Assembly: GCA_965231155.1 (NCBI GenBank)
Contig: OZ246418.1
Span: 433,242 to 497,241, forward strand
DNA: 64,000 bases
Source of the DNA: an uncultured Candidatus Saccharibacteria bacterium
GTDB taxonomy: Bacteria > Patescibacteriota > Minisyncoccia > UBA6257 > 2-01-FULL-56-20
Direction: 5' to 3'
The notes below the pieces were generated by a model. It was given only the letters and a program-made list of their open reading frames with translations. It made no database searches and had not been told where the DNA came from. Positions within the stretch are counted from its first letter, which is position 1, and each line of letters begins with the position of its first letter. Below are positions 12,270 through 21,805 of this stretch, piece by piece. A program made the position numbers and the translations under genes.

Positions 12270-14156
12270 ATGTACTATAATGAAGGGTACATGACCTTCA
12301 TTCTTTTTATTGGGGGATTGTTTCTTTTAGTGCGTGTTTCTAATTTGAGTAGTAGGGTCCAGCGGCTAGAGCGTTTAATGGAGAAGGATATTGCTCAGCG
12401 CAAAGTTGAAGGAGATGTTCAGCCTAGTTTATCTGAGAAAGATTCAGCAAAGATAAAATCTGTTCCCGCATCTCTTCTGGACTACACCAGGCAACAGTTG
12501 AGGCGAGGGGAGTCGGTGCAGGGTATTACCCAAGCTCTTCAGTCGAAGGGGTGGTCGTTGGAAGACATTGACCAGGCTTTTGAAACTGTTGGTCGTTCAA
12601 GTCAGCCGGCTATTGAGTTATCTAAAATTGGTCCCTCGGAAGGTGATAAGTTTATTGCCTGGCTCAAGGAAGATTGGCTTCTCAAGCTTGGTGCGTTCCT
12701 CCTCCTCGTTGGATTCGGTTGGCTTACTACGTATGCCTTCCTCAATAACTGGATTGGTCCGATGGGACGAATTGTTCTAGGTATAGTCGCGGGGACACTT
12801 TTTCTTATCTTGGGGTCATGGAGGATTCAGAAGTATGTTCAGCAGGGAGGAGTTTTCCTCGTGCTTGGTTCAACAGTCATTCTCCTCACAGTCTTTGCTG
12901 CTCGGGCGGTGTATGGATTCTTTACTCCAATTTCCGCCCTGGCGCTGATGTTCCTTAGTACTGCCTTTGTGGCACTATCGAGCGTACGGTATCGCAGTCG
13001 GCCGTTAGCTTTAGTTAGTCTCATTTTGGCGGGCGTGGCACCACTACTTACCAGTTCGCCAACTGCTGATTACGTAGGATTATTTTCCTACCTCTTGATT
13101 GTTATCTTGGGAACGGTTTGGGTGGTTGCAGTGACAGAAATGAGAGAGCTGACTCTCGCCGGATTACTTTTAGTGGCGTTTCATAGCTTCTTGTCCGTAG
13201 GCTCATCTGAGGCGACGGACACGGTATTGCTGTTTGTTTATGCATTTGCAGCCATCTTTTCTATTACCAATACTCTGGGCATACTGAAAGCGAAAGGGAA
13301 AGAGATTACTTCTGATCTTTTTTGTGCTTCTGCCAACGGCCTCTTCCTCTTGTCTTGGATTATGATCGCGGCTCCTGAAGAGTGGAAGAGTCTTATTATC
13401 TGCGCCTGGATGGTAGTGTTTGCAGTCGGTGGGTTCTTGACTCTTCAGCTGACCAATCGCCGAGAACCGTTCTATGCCTATCTTGGAGTTAGTGTTGCCA
13501 TGTTAGCGGCAGCGACTTCGGTTCAGTTGGATGGAGCGTCTCTTACCATCGCCTATATTATCGAGAGTGGAATGATTTCGCTTATTGCGTATGCAATCCT
13601 AAAAGATTTGGCTATTGCCGAACGTCTTAGTCTTCTCCTTATCGGCCCGGTTGTTCTCAGTTTTGAGAGTATGAGCGCACTTTCTTGGGAGCTAGGTGTT
13701 TTTCACAAAGATTTCTTTGTGTTATTGACTCTTGGGACTGTTCTCTTTGGTCTTGGTCTTTTTTTCTTTAGTCGTATTCGTGAGGAGAAAGATGAGATAC
13801 GACAGCTTAACGCTTTCTTACTGAATGCCGGCTCTTTCTATTTGTACGTACTGCTCTGGCTCTCTCTAGGCGCTGGCTTCCAGAATGACAATTTGGCAGT
13901 TCTTGGTTCTTTGGTGGTCTATACCATTATCGGTTTGATTGCTTATTTTTATGGTTTAGCCAACGAAAAGAAAGGCATAAGACTTCATGGAGTGGCGCTC
14001 ATTGTGTTTGTTATCGGACGACTCTTTTTGATTGATGTGTGGTCGATGGAGTTGGCCGGAAGGATTGTGACATTTTTTGCAATAGGTGCCTTACTCGTAA
14101 GCACTGCATTTTTAGGGAGGGGGCGGAGAAAAAGTGATTCTTCAGTTATTCTTTAA
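12270..14156 (+). CDS. large polytopic membrane protein (DUF2339-like architecture)
   Basis: 628 aa; N-terminal TM, soluble linker, then more than 12 TM helices. Confidence 0.4.
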   Translation: MYYNEGYMTFILFIGGLFLLVRVSNLSSRVQRLERLMEKDIAQRKVEGDVQPSLSEKDSAKIKSVPASLLDYTRQQLRRGESVQGITQALQSKGWSLEDIDQAFETVGRSSQPAIELSKIGPSEGDKFIAWLKEDWLLKLGAFLLLVGFGWLTTYAFLNNWIGPMGRIVLGIVAGTLFLILGSWRIQKYVQQGGVFLVLGSTVILLTVFAARAVYGFFTPISALALMFLSTAFVALSSVRYRSRPLALVSLILAGVAPLLTSSPTADYVGLFSYLLIVILGTVWVVAVTEMRELTLAGLLLVAFHSFLSVGSSEATDTVLLFVYAFAAIFSITNTLGILKAKGKEITSDLFCASANGLFLLSWIMIAAPEEWKSLIICAWMVVFAVGGFLTLQLTNRREPFYAYLGVSVAMLAAATSVQLDGASLTIAYIIESGMISLIAYAILKDLAIAERLSLLLIGPVVLSFESMSALSWELGVFHKDFFVLLTLGTVLFGLGLFFFSRIREEKDEIRQLNAFLLNAGSFYLYVLLWLSLGAGFQNDNLAVLGSLVVYTIIGLIAYFYGLANEKKGIRLHGVALIVFVIGRLFLIDVWSMELAGRIVTFFAIGALLVSTAFLGRGRRKSDSSVIL

Positions 14157-14163
14157 TAAGACT

Positions 14164-15327
14164 ATGAAATCAAAAAGTTTTTTATTCTTGTTCGTTCTCT
14201 TGTTGCCGATAGCAGATGTAAACGCTCAGGGGTTGTCTCAGATGACTTCTTCGGTTTTTAGTGCGTATCGAGAATATAAAGATGTTGATTTGCCGTCGAT
14301 TAAGGTGCCAACCGTGGTAGAAGTTCCTTTTGGAAATCAGATAGTTGATCGCTTAGAGTTTGCAGTTTTTGATAAGACTACTCAATCATTTGAACCATAC
14401 TTTTTTAAACAGGAGACTTTGACAAATGAGGTGCCAGTTTCTATCAACTTCAACTCGAATATAGGAGCAGAAGATGCTCAGCTGATGATAGATGGAAATT
14501 CTCGGACGTATGCCAATTTTCTCCTCCCTGAGGATCAGCAGGGGCGGGTTCAGATTTCTCTTGTAAGTTCTCAGCCAATCACTTCTTCATTGCTCACTGT
14601 GCTTTTGGATAACAATGTTGCCTTACCTACATCGGTGGAGATCCGAGCAGTCGTGAATGGTCAGAATAGAATCGTGGTGGCGAATCAAAGAATGCTAGAA
14701 GAACGTATTCATTTCCCACAGACGAGTTCACGTCAGTGGACTATTACTTTTCTTTTTAGTCAGCCACTACGTATTAATGAGTTGCGTCTACACCAGGATA
14801 ATCTTACTAGAAGCACCGTCCATGCCGTTCGTTTCCTAGCTCAGCCAACTCACGAGTATCGTATTTATCTTAATCCTGATAGATCGGTGGTTGCTCCTGT
14901 TGGGGAAGCTGGGGACTTGGCCTTTGCTCGAGATGTGAAGATCTTGCCATCTTCTTTACCCGAGAGGAATCTAAGCTACGTAATTGCCGATATAGACGAT
15001 GATGGATTACCTGATATTCGTGATAACTGTGTAATGACGCCGAATCCTGATCAGGAGGATCTCAATGGTAATGGGCGGGGAGATTTATGTGATGATTTTG
15101 ATCAGGATAGCGTAGGCAACCTGGAAGATAACTGTCCTAATAATCCAAATCGATACCAGGAGGATAGGGACGGTGATCGGATTGGTGATGTGTGCGATAC
15201 CGAAGAGAGTAGGCTAACCGAGCGATATACTTGGATACCTTGGGTTGGCATTGGTTTTGCCGCCTTAGTCCTTATTGTTCTTTTTGCACTAACCGTTCGA
15301 TCAAAGCCTATTCTAGAAGATAAGTAG
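14164..15327 (+). CDS. secreted/anchored protein with thrombospondin type-3 (calcium-binding Asp-rich) repeats and C-terminal TM anchor
   Basis: Signal peptide [23 protein letters not shown]; repeats [71 protein letters not shown]-terminal hydrophobic helix. The upstream ORF start at 14134 overlaps the preceding gene, so the ATG at 14164 was chosen. Confidence 0.6.
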   Translation: MKSKSFLFLFVLLLPIADVNAQGLSQMTSSVFSAYREYKDVDLPSIKVPTVVEVPFGNQIVDRLEFAVFDKTTQSFEPYFFKQETLTNEVPVSINFNSNIGAEDAQLMIDGNSRTYANFLLPEDQQGRVQISLVSSQPITSSLLTVLLDNNVALPTSVEIRAVVNGQNRIVVANQRMLEERIHFPQTSSRQWTITFLFSQPLRINELRLHQDNLTRSTVHAVRFLAQPTHEYRIYLNPDRSVVAPVGEAGDLAFARDVKILPSSLPERNLSYVIADIDDDGLPDIRDNCVMTPNPDQEDLNGNGRGDLCDDFDQDSVGNLEDNCPNNPNRYQEDRDGDRIGDVCDTEESRLTERYTWIPWVGIGFAALVLIVLFALTVRSKPILEDK

Positions 15328-15348
15328 AAGTTTTTTGGAGCAGTGTTT

Positions 15349-15389
15349 ATAAAGCATAAGACGGCACATAGTGCCGTCTTATGCTTTAT
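15349..15389. terminator. perfect 19-bp inverted repeat (bidirectional terminator between the TSP3-repeat gene and tRNA-Leu)
   Basis: ATAAAGCATAAGACGGCAC-ata-GTGCCGTCTTATGCTTTAT. Confidence 0.6.
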
Positions 15390-15391
15390 TG

Positions 15392-15477
15392 TGGTGCCCG
15401 GGGTGGGATTCGAACCCACAACCCCTTTCGAGGCAAGGATTTTAAGTCCTCTGCGTAAACCGTTCCGCCACCCGGGC
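15392..15477 (-). tRNA. tRNA-Leu (anticodon TAA), type II with long variable arm, CCA encoded
   Basis: Reverse complement reads GCCCGGGTGGCGGAACGG...GAGGA-CTTAAAA-TCCTT...GGGTTCGAATCCCACCCCGGGCACCA. 7-bp acceptor stem, TPsiC GTTCGAATC, long variable arm. Confidence 0.85.
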
Positions 15478-15540
15478 TTGGCTTCTACTTTAACAGCTTA
15501 TCAGGGAGTTTTTCAAGGACTATCTGTTATAATTCTTTGG

Positions 15541-16674
15541 ATGAATGAATCTATCGGTGAATTACTGTTGAAAGAGCAGAAAGGGCATCCTCGTATCGTC
15601 CAGGAGTTTAATAGAGCAGATTTTCCTCAACGAAAGTTAAACAAAACTGAGAGTCGTATCTCTGCTAGTCCAGAAGTAAAAGACAAAATGGATCGAGAGG
15701 TTGTTGCTTTTGCCAAGTTGATGGAGGGTGCAGATTTTTGGTGGCAGTTGGATGGATCTCTAAATATTTCTTTAAGGCAGATCGCGAGAGGTGGTGATTA
15801 TATTGGTGTCCATAAGGATATCGATTTCTCTGTTTTTGCTGAAGACTTGGAGGCTCTACGATCACATATCACAGCAAAGGGATATGGTCTTTTTTATATG
15901 TACGAGTATGAAGAAGGCGGAGAATCCAAATGGCGATTCGAAGAAGTGGAAGAGGGGAAGGCTGTCCCAAAGTTTGATGCAAAGTTTCGGGTTGTGGCGG
16001 TTGATCGTACTATTCAGAAAATTGATCTTCAGGCAGATATGGTTATGGCTGGGCCGATCATGCATTTCCGAGGGGGACAAGGGGAGTTTTTGCTATGGAA
16101 TGGGCGTCAGTATCCGGCTAGTTGGCTCAAAGGAGAGTCGGTTGATTTTAAAGAGACATCGATTATTCTCTCCCATCCAGCTCGTTTTGTTTTTAATAAA
16201 GTTTTTTATGGAGGAGGGGGAAATAAATATCATGATGAAGACCTGAGATATTTTGTTCTGAAGATGCGCGCAGTTTCCAAAAAAGATATGGCTGATGCCA
16301 TGAGTGTTATGGAAGACAGCTTGAAAGATTATGCCGAACGGCGTGCATATATTGAGGCATTAGCAAAAAGAATTGTTGATCGCGTGGAGCATGCTCAGTC
16401 TTATGACGAGGTCTACGAAATCGCAAAAGCAGAAATTCCCTCTGATTTTTCAGAAAAAATGTTTGGGCTTTTAGCGCGTTTTGATCAGGCTGGGAATGAA
16501 CAAGATAAGGAGCGAGTTACCCAGGAGATTATTCAACAGCCAGACATGAGCTATGCGAGTGTGCTTAGAGCAATTATGGAAGCCAGTTATTTTCCGCAAA
16601 ATGAAGAACGTGTGCATAAGGCAGCCACGCGCCTTCGAGGGTTGAAAGAAGAAAGAGATAGCTTATTAGATTAA
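15541..16674 (+). CDS. nucleotidyltransferase-fold protein (Lnu/ANT(2'')-like N-terminal domain plus about 250-aa C-terminal region of unknown function)
   Basis: W-QLDGSLNISLRQIARGGDYIGVHKDIDFSV resembles the LnuA motif WLDGGWGVDVL...HRDIDIDF (G[SG]...D-I-D). The ORF-track start at 15343 overlaps tRNA-Leu and the hairpin, so the first ATG downstream (15541) was used. Confidence 0.5.
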   Translation: MNESIGELLLKEQKGHPRIVQEFNRADFPQRKLNKTESRISASPEVKDKMDREVVAFAKLMEGADFWWQLDGSLNISLRQIARGGDYIGVHKDIDFSVFAEDLEALRSHITAKGYGLFYMYEYEEGGESKWRFEEVEEGKAVPKFDAKFRVVAVDRTIQKIDLQADMVMAGPIMHFRGGQGEFLLWNGRQYPASWLKGESVDFKETSIILSHPARFVFNKVFYGGGGNKYHDEDLRYFVLKMRAVSKKDMADAMSVMEDSLKDYAERRAYIEALAKRIVDRVEHAQSYDEVYEIAKAEIPSDFSEKMFGLLARFDQAGNEQDKERVTQEIIQQPDMSYASVLRAIMEASYFPQNEERVHKAATRLRGLKEERDSLLD

Positions 16675-16677
16675 TTG

Positions 16678-16749
16678 AGGCGCGGGGGAGAATCGAACTC
16701 CCGAATAGTTCTTTTGCAGAGAACTGCCTTACCACTTGGCCACCGCGCC
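16678..16749 (-). tRNA. tRNA-Cys (anticodon GCA), CCA not encoded
   Basis: Reverse complement: GGCGCGG-TG-GCCAAGTGGTAAGGC-A-GTTCT-CTGCAAA-AGAAC-TATTC-GGGAGTTCGATTCTCCC-CCGCGCC. Cloverleaf with GCA in the anticodon loop. Confidence 0.8.
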
Positions 16750-16784
16750 AGGCTCGCTTATTCTATGCTTCAGGAAGGTTTTTT

Positions 16785-17135
16785 TCAATCCTGAGTTGAC
16801 GAGTCAATTTTCTCCTCGATCAGAATTTTTTCTATGACCGCGGCATTTTCTGTGCCGAAATCAATTTCAAACTTGATACGAGGCATTGGTTTAATATTTA
16901 TTTTCTTCAGGAGAAGATGTTGTAGTCGTGGTGCTTCTTTATCGAGTAATTCCAAAACTTTAGACGACTTACTTTTGGGAATAACGCTTACTTTGACGAT
17001 TGCATTATCGAGTTTTTTATTAGCCTCGATGTCGGTGATAGTGACTAAGGCTCCTGGGAATTCCATTTCTCTCTGGAGAATCAGTCCGAGCTGTTCCTGT
17101 ATTAAGTTGCTCACTCGTTCCTCTCGGAAGTTCAT
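16785..17135 (-). CDS. rbfA: ribosome-binding factor A
   Basis: 116 aa; RVSNLIQEQLGLIL...ITDIEANKKLDNAIVKVSV...NIKPMPRIKFEID; lies downstream of infB as in most bacteria. Confidence 0.8.
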   Translation of the reverse strand: MNFREERVSNLIQEQLGLILQREMEFPGALVTITDIEANKKLDNAIVKVSVIPKSKSSKVLELLDKEAPRLQHLLLKKINIKPMPRIKFEIDFGTENAAVIEKILIEEKIDSSTQD

Positions 17136-17138
17136 AGG

Positions 17139-18605
17139 TTAACTTGGGCGAACTACGAGGTGATCACCTTTTTTGATCATCGTTTCTGAATTAATCATTA
17201 GACCACACTCCTTACCGACAGGGACTTCGTTGGCATCAGCTTTATTGTGTTGTAGGTTGGTAATCCTACCTTTCCCGATGACGGTTTCGCCTCGGACGAT
17301 CTCAAAGGCCCGTTTGTTTTTCAAAACGCCTTCAGTGACTTTACCTCCGACTACCTGTTTTTCTGGTTCCATCTGATTGAAGACGGCGAGGATTTCTAGA
17401 TCGCCTTCTGGTGGAGGAGTGGAGTCCTGACCAATTTTTTCCAACTCTTCGATGAGTTTATAGATGATGTCTGATTCAAGAATCTTTACTTTGTGAGTTT
17501 CCGCGAGTCGTTTGGCGGCGGTGTTCACTTTGACATGGAAGGCAATCACGATGCTGTGGGTGGAGACGGCCAACTGGATATCGCCATCATATACCTCACC
17601 AACCGAGGTGCTTTTTACGAAAAGGGGTTTATGTGTGGTCATCGCCTGAATCGTGGCAGTGAGTGCCTCGAGGGAACCACTATTTTCTGCCTTGAGGATG
17701 AGGGAGATGCCTTTTTCTTCTTCAGTGGCATAGGGAGAGAGGCCAGAGAGATTGGTGGAACGACTGGCCACGGCCTGAGAGGTCGAGTTTTCGAGTTCGA
17801 TACTGTCTCCGGCGATAAACTCTTCGCCGATAGCAGGCAGTTCTTCAAACCCCATAATCATTGCCGGAGAGGAGGGGACAAGCTCGTTTACGGTTTTGCC
17901 AAGGAAATTTTCGAGGATTTTTATTTTACCGCCAGTTTTTCCAACGGCGATTTTCTGGCCTCTTTTGAGGGTGCCATTTTTTACAATGACCACTACTTCC
18001 AGTCCACGATTTTTGTCTCTCTTGGCTTCGAGAACATAGCCAGAGGCTTGAGCTTTTGGATCATAAGTGAGACTTTCGAGTTCAGCAGCTAAGAGGAGGA
18101 GATCAAGAAGTTCATCAACGCCTTCGCCAGTTTTTGCGGAGATCGGTTGGTAGCTGATGTTCCCACCGTAGCCTTCAAGGAAGACGCCATTTGTGGTGAG
18201 GTCGTTTTTTACCTTATCGAGATCAGCGCCAGGACGATCAATTTTCGTGATACCAACTACGAACGGAGTTTTGCTTTCGGTTAAAATTTTGATTGCTTCG
18301 GCAGTCTGGGGTTTTACACCTTCATCAGCGGCCACGACAAGAATGGCAAGATCGGCTGTCGTAGCGCCTCGCGAACGCATTTTAGTAAAGGCTTCGTGGC
18401 CAGGAGTGTCGATGAAGGTAATCTTTTTTCCAGAGTGTTCAATCTCATAGGCACCAATCGATTGAGTAATACCACCGGCTTCTTTGGCGGCGAGGTTGGT
18501 TTTTCTGATATAGTCGATGAGCGTAGTTTTTCCATGATCGACGTGACCCATAACTACCACAATCGGTGGGCGGGGAAGTAGGTTTTGTGTGTCAGGAGTT
18601 GCCAT
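17139..18605 (-). CDS. infB: translation initiation factor IF-2 (short form lacking the N-terminal extension)
   Basis: G-domain VVVMGHVDHGKTTLID, DTPGHEAF, AADEGVKPQT, C-terminal beta-barrels. Start set at the ATG (MATPDTQ); the GTG at 18635 is also possible. Confidence 0.85.
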   Translation of the reverse strand: MATPDTQNLLPRPPIVVVMGHVDHGKTTLIDYIRKTNLAAKEAGGITQSIGAYEIEHSGKKITFIDTPGHEAFTKMRSRGATTADLAILVVAADEGVKPQTAEAIKILTESKTPFVVGITKIDRPGADLDKVKNDLTTNGVFLEGYGGNISYQPISAKTGEGVDELLDLLLLAAELESLTYDPKAQASGYVLEAKRDKNRGLEVVVIVKNGTLKRGQKIAVGKTGGKIKILENFLGKTVNELVPSSPAMIMGFEELPAIGEEFIAGDSIELENSTSQAVASRSTNLSGLSPYATEEEKGISLILKAENSGSLEALTATIQAMTTHKPLFVKSTSVGEVYDGDIQLAVSTHSIVIAFHVKVNTAAKRLAETHKVKILESDIIYKLIEELEKIGQDSTPPPEGDLEILAVFNQMEPEKQVVGGKVTEGVLKNKRAFEIVRGETVIGKGRITNLQHNKADANEVPVGKECGLMINSETMIKKGDHLVVRPS

Positions 18606-18678
18606 AATGTCTGTACAGAATAGCCGAAAAGACACACAAATACAAGCTTTTTAAAAAATCGTCCAGGGGGTGTTTATT

Positions 18679-19167
18679 TTAGTTGGAGAGTGCCTTGGTG
18701 ACTCCGGTAATAGTCCACTTTCCACCCTGATTCCTCACGACAAGGGCGATCGGATATTTGGAGACAACAACCCCATTCGTGGCTTCCGCACTGGCTAATT
18801 CCATCACTTCTCCTTGGACTTCGTAGGCTCCGTCATCACGTGCTTGCACTTCGAGGATTTCGATTCTTTCTGGCCAGTGACCAGAATTGAGGATGCCTGG
18901 TGCTCGTTCTGGACTTGAGAGCCAGCCTTCCATTAGACCTTCTGAGACAAAAGGTGAGTAGTAATCTTTGATGGCCTGTATGATTGTCTCTCTTGGAGTA
19001 GTGAGTGGCACGTTCCTAATTGCTTTCCCAAATTCAGTTACCACATTTCGTACTTGCTGTTCTGGGCTGTTCAGTGGAGTGTTTGGTGATGTTCCCGAAG
19101 AGAAGAAATAGACACCTACTCCAAGAAGGACGATAACGCCGATAATCAGAAATTTTTTGTTCTGCAT
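18679..19167 (-). CDS. hypothetical secreted/membrane-anchored protein
   Basis: N-terminal TM helix, no motif. Confidence 0.4.
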   Translation of the reverse strand: MQNKKFLIIGVIVLLGVGVYFFSSGTSPNTPLNSPEQQVRNVVTEFGKAIRNVPLTTPRETIIQAIKDYYSPFVSEGLMEGWLSSPERAPGILNSGHWPERIEILEVQARDDGAYEVQGEVMELASAEATNGVVVSKYPIALVVRNQGGKWTITGVTKALSN

Positions 19168-19184
19168 ATTCTTGTGAAAAGTTA

Positions 19185-19484
19185 TTATGACTGGGTTTCT
19201 TTTTCTGGCGCGGAGGTTTCTTTCGAAGGAAGTGAAAACAATTCAGAGAATTTCAGTTTGGCAACAAAGAAGAGATAGATGATCTCGAGGATGCCAATAG
19301 TGTTTATAACGAGAAGCGCCACAAACCACCAGGGTTCTTTGCGTTGTGAACTGTGCCACAAGGCCAACCCTTTCCAAACAACACTCCAAAGCACAAGAAG
19401 TGTAAGTCCGGCGCCAAAGAGGGGGAGAAGTCCTGATCCGCCACCCATCATGCCCTGTCCAAATCCATTAAAATTATTGTACAT
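19185..19484 (-). CDS. small membrane protein, hypothetical
   Basis: 99 aa, Gly-rich N-terminus then 2 TM helices. Confidence 0.35.
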   Translation of the reverse strand: MYNNFNGFGQGMMGGGSGLLPLFGAGLTLLVLWSVVWKGLALWHSSQRKEPWWFVALLVINTIGILEIIYLFFVAKLKFSELFSLPSKETSAPEKETQS

Positions 19485-19666
19485 CGTGGGAGTATTATAC
19501 CACTTTGGGTATCCAGTGCGGAGAGGGAGGCCTTTATGAGAAATGTTTCTTTATAAATGCATGACTAGGGCCAGTTTTAGGGTGTTTCTCAAGCCCGAAT
19601 ACTTTATGCCTGGTATCAATATATAATTAATGGGGCACTCGAAAAAATACTTATTTCTTGGGACCA

Positions 19667-19695
19667 TTGACAAATGGTCTCATTTGTTTTATAAA
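19667..19695 (+). promoter_or_regulatory. near-consensus sigma70 promoter TTGACA-17-TATAAA
   Basis: TTGACA at 19667-19672, 17-nt spacer, TATAAA at 19690-19695, about 25 nt upstream of an AGGAGG RBS and the ATG at 19721. Confidence 0.45.
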
Positions 19696-19720
19696 GCTGA
19701 TAGCTTATTAGGAGGGCAAA

Positions 19721-20011
19721 ATGCTCGAAGTATTGATTTCCATTGGGGACTATCTCGAGGCCGGATTGATCCATGCCTACCTGGGCGTCCTCTGGATCCT
19801 TCTGGCGGTTGTGGTGTTCTTATCGGGTTCTATGATGAACAACATGATCGCCTTTAAGGGGTGGAGGGGTAACGAATACCTGACTTGCGGATTCGCTCCT
19901 CCGCGGAGGAGCGAAGGAATGAGGTGGACCCGCCACACCTACTGGGGGCTGTGGGCTACTGAGGTGATTATCTTAGGACTGATCACCTTTCGACACTGCA
20001 TGACCTCCTAA
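19721..20011 (+). CDS. hypothetical small membrane protein (locally GC-enriched gene)
   Basis: 96 aa; AGGAGG RBS 7 nt upstream; strong promoter upstream and hairpin terminator downstream; 2 TM segments; no known motif. Confidence 0.45.
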   Translation: MLEVLISIGDYLEAGLIHAYLGVLWILLAVVVFLSGSMMNNMIAFKGWRGNEYLTCGFAPPRRSEGMRWTRHTYWGLWATEVIILGLITFRHCMTS

Positions 20012-20019
20012 GAACATTA

Positions 20020-20052
20020 GCCATGGAATGAATAATTCCATGGCTTTTTTAT
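20020..20052 (+). terminator. rho-independent terminator
   Basis: GCCATGGAAT-gaataa-TTCCATGGC followed by TTTTTTATTTTT. Confidence 0.65.
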
Positions 20053-20063
20053 TTTTATTAATG

Positions 20064-20150
20064 CGGAGAGGGAGGGATTCGAACCCTCGAGGGAGTTGCC
20101 CCCCTAACATCTTAGCAGGATGCTGCCTTCAGCCACTCGGCCACCTCTCC
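20064..20150 (-). tRNA. tRNA-Ser (anticodon GCT), type II, CCA not encoded
   Basis: Reverse complement GGAGAGG-TG-GCCGAGTGGCTGAAGGC-A-GCATC-CTGCTAA-GATGT-long variable arm GGGGGGCAACTCCCTC-GAGGGTTCGAATCCCTC-CCTCTCC-G. Confidence 0.8.
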
Positions 20151-20281
20151 TTGGTTTGATCCATAAGGATCTTTTTGATGTCTTAGACAGAATACGCAAA
20201 AGAGGCTTTCTACGCAACTTTGGTTTCCCCCCCTCGTTTTTAGGCTTGTTCTGAGCTCGTCGAAGCGGTAGGATTGGTTTA

Positions 20282-20614
20282 GTGAATAATACTGATTTAT
20301 CTCCTTCAATTTTTTCACTCTCGAGTTGGGGGTATGTGCTTTTTATTTTTGCAATCGCTTTTGTATTCGGGCTTAGTTATCGCTCTATTCTTTTACAAAT
20401 TGCACGAAGTAAACCGCGGAAGGCGAGTAAGAATATTGATGCCTCCGGAAGAGTCATTCGATTGATCATTGGTATTGGCCTACTCCTTCTCGCAATTTTT
20501 ACCGACTGGAGTCCTTGGGTTCTATTCTTCTCCGGCTTCGCGTTTTTTGAGGCGATCTTTAGCTGGTGTGGGTTCAACGCGGCGATTGGCCGGAACACCT
20601 GTCCGGTGGAGTAA
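20282..20614 (+). CDS. small membrane protein, hypothetical
   Basis: 110 aa, 3 TM helices, C-terminal NTCPVE; possibly DUF2892-like. Confidence 0.3.
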   Translation: MNNTDLSPSIFSLSSWGYVLFIFAIAFVFGLSYRSILLQIARSKPRKASKNIDASGRVIRLIIGIGLLLLAIFTDWSPWVLFFSGFAFFEAIFSWCGFNAAIGRNTCPVE

Positions 20615-20666
20615 TGCCGAGCGCTCGGCATTGGCTCTTATTACGGCATTTGTTACTATACCCCTT

Positions 20667-21257
20667 ATGAAAAAACTTATTATTTTTATAGTGGCAGTAG
20701 CTATCGTGGTCTCGGCTTATTTTGTTTTTACGGTTAAGAAAACAACGACTGATGGTTTAACCAAATACTCGAGCACAGAGCTTGGAGTTGAGTTCTCATA
20801 CCCGAGCGGACCAAAGGGATATGTTCTTGAGGAGAAGACTCCTACTAATGATTCAAACAAGGAGTTTGTTCGATCGCTCATCCTGTGGCGATCTGAGGAC
20901 AAGGCCAAGATAGCTCAGAAAAAAATTCCGGTAGGGGGTGAGGGTCCGGCAACCATTAACGTTCTAGTCTTCAAAAATTCAAAAAAACAGTTGCCGACTG
21001 CCTGGGCAATAGAGAATGCGTTGTACAGCAGTATTAATTTAAGAACGGCAGATCCAGTTGAGGACGTGGTTGGAGGAGCGAATGCGATTCATTATATTGC
21101 CGACGGGCTTTATCCATCTGATAACTTTATTGTGGCGTATGGTGAAAACATGTACGTGTTTACTGGCCAGTATCAAAATCCAGAGTCGCCACTAAAGAAG
21201 GACTTCTTGCCAATGGTTGTTTCGGTGCGTTTCATTCCTCAGGTAGGGCAGAAATAG
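20667..21257 (+). CDS. hypothetical secreted protein
   Basis: Signal/TM MKKLIIFIVAVAIVVSAYFVF; the ORF-track N-terminal extension (20469-20666) overlaps the previous gene in another frame and was trimmed to the ATG at 20667. Confidence 0.45.
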   Translation: MKKLIIFIVAVAIVVSAYFVFTVKKTTTDGLTKYSSTELGVEFSYPSGPKGYVLEEKTPTNDSNKEFVRSLILWRSEDKAKIAQKKIPVGGEGPATINVLVFKNSKKQLPTAWAIENALYSSINLRTADPVEDVVGGANAIHYIADGLYPSDNFIVAYGENMYVFTGQYQNPESPLKKDFLPMVVSVRFIPQVGQK

Positions 21258-21395
21258 GCTTACTCTAGGTACGGCTGGTTAAGGGGGTAATCCTGAAGAA
21301 TTTAGGTATACTATCTATAGAGAGTCTTATTGGTTCGGTTGGGCAAAAGGTCGACGTTATCGATAGGGCTTATCTGTTAACTTATTTCATTACAT

Positions 21396-21776
21396 ATGGA
21401 AACTACAATCTTTTTAGCTCAGTTTTGGGGATGGATGCTGATTGTTTTGTCGGGTATCTTTTTGGTCAGAGGGAAGACTCTCCTTGAGGAGATGTTGCAG
21501 TCTGTTGGCGATCGAGGGTTCACGTTGTCTTCAGGGTATATTGCCTTTCTTATTGGTCTTACGACTGTCATTCTTAATAATATCTGGACGGCCGACTGGG
21601 TGGGGGTGATAACGCTTTTTGGTTGGATCTCCCTTGTGAAGGGCGTGATAAGAATTGGTTTCCCAGAGACAGCCCAGAAGATGGTTCTTTCTTTTCGAGG
21701 CAGGTCAAACATGATTCAGGGGTTGCTGATCATTACCCTAGCTTTGGGAGTTGGCTTGATTCTATCGGTAAGTTAA
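21396..21776 (+). CDS. small polytopic membrane protein
   Basis: 126 aa, 4 TM. Confidence 0.4.
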   Translation: METTIFLAQFWGWMLIVLSGIFLVRGKTLLEEMLQSVGDRGFTLSSGYIAFLIGLTTVILNNIWTADWVGVITLFGWISLVKGVIRIGFPETAQKMVLSFRGRSNMIQGLLIITLALGVGLILSVS

Positions 21777-21805
21777 TTTCCCTCTAGCTGTGCTATAGTG
21801 ATTTC

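Noticed and set aside
15343-15540. N-terminal extension (GTG start) of the 443-aa ORF overlapping tRNA-Leu and the 19-bp palindrome
   Set aside because: It is encoded on the strand antisense to a confident tRNA and begins inside a terminator hairpin; the first ATG (15541) follows a plausible gap, so the extension is treated as spurious
17493-18581. Plus-strand ORFs (199 aa, 85 aa, 61 aa) antisense to infB
   Set aside because: Antisense to a confidently identified conserved gene; no expression signals
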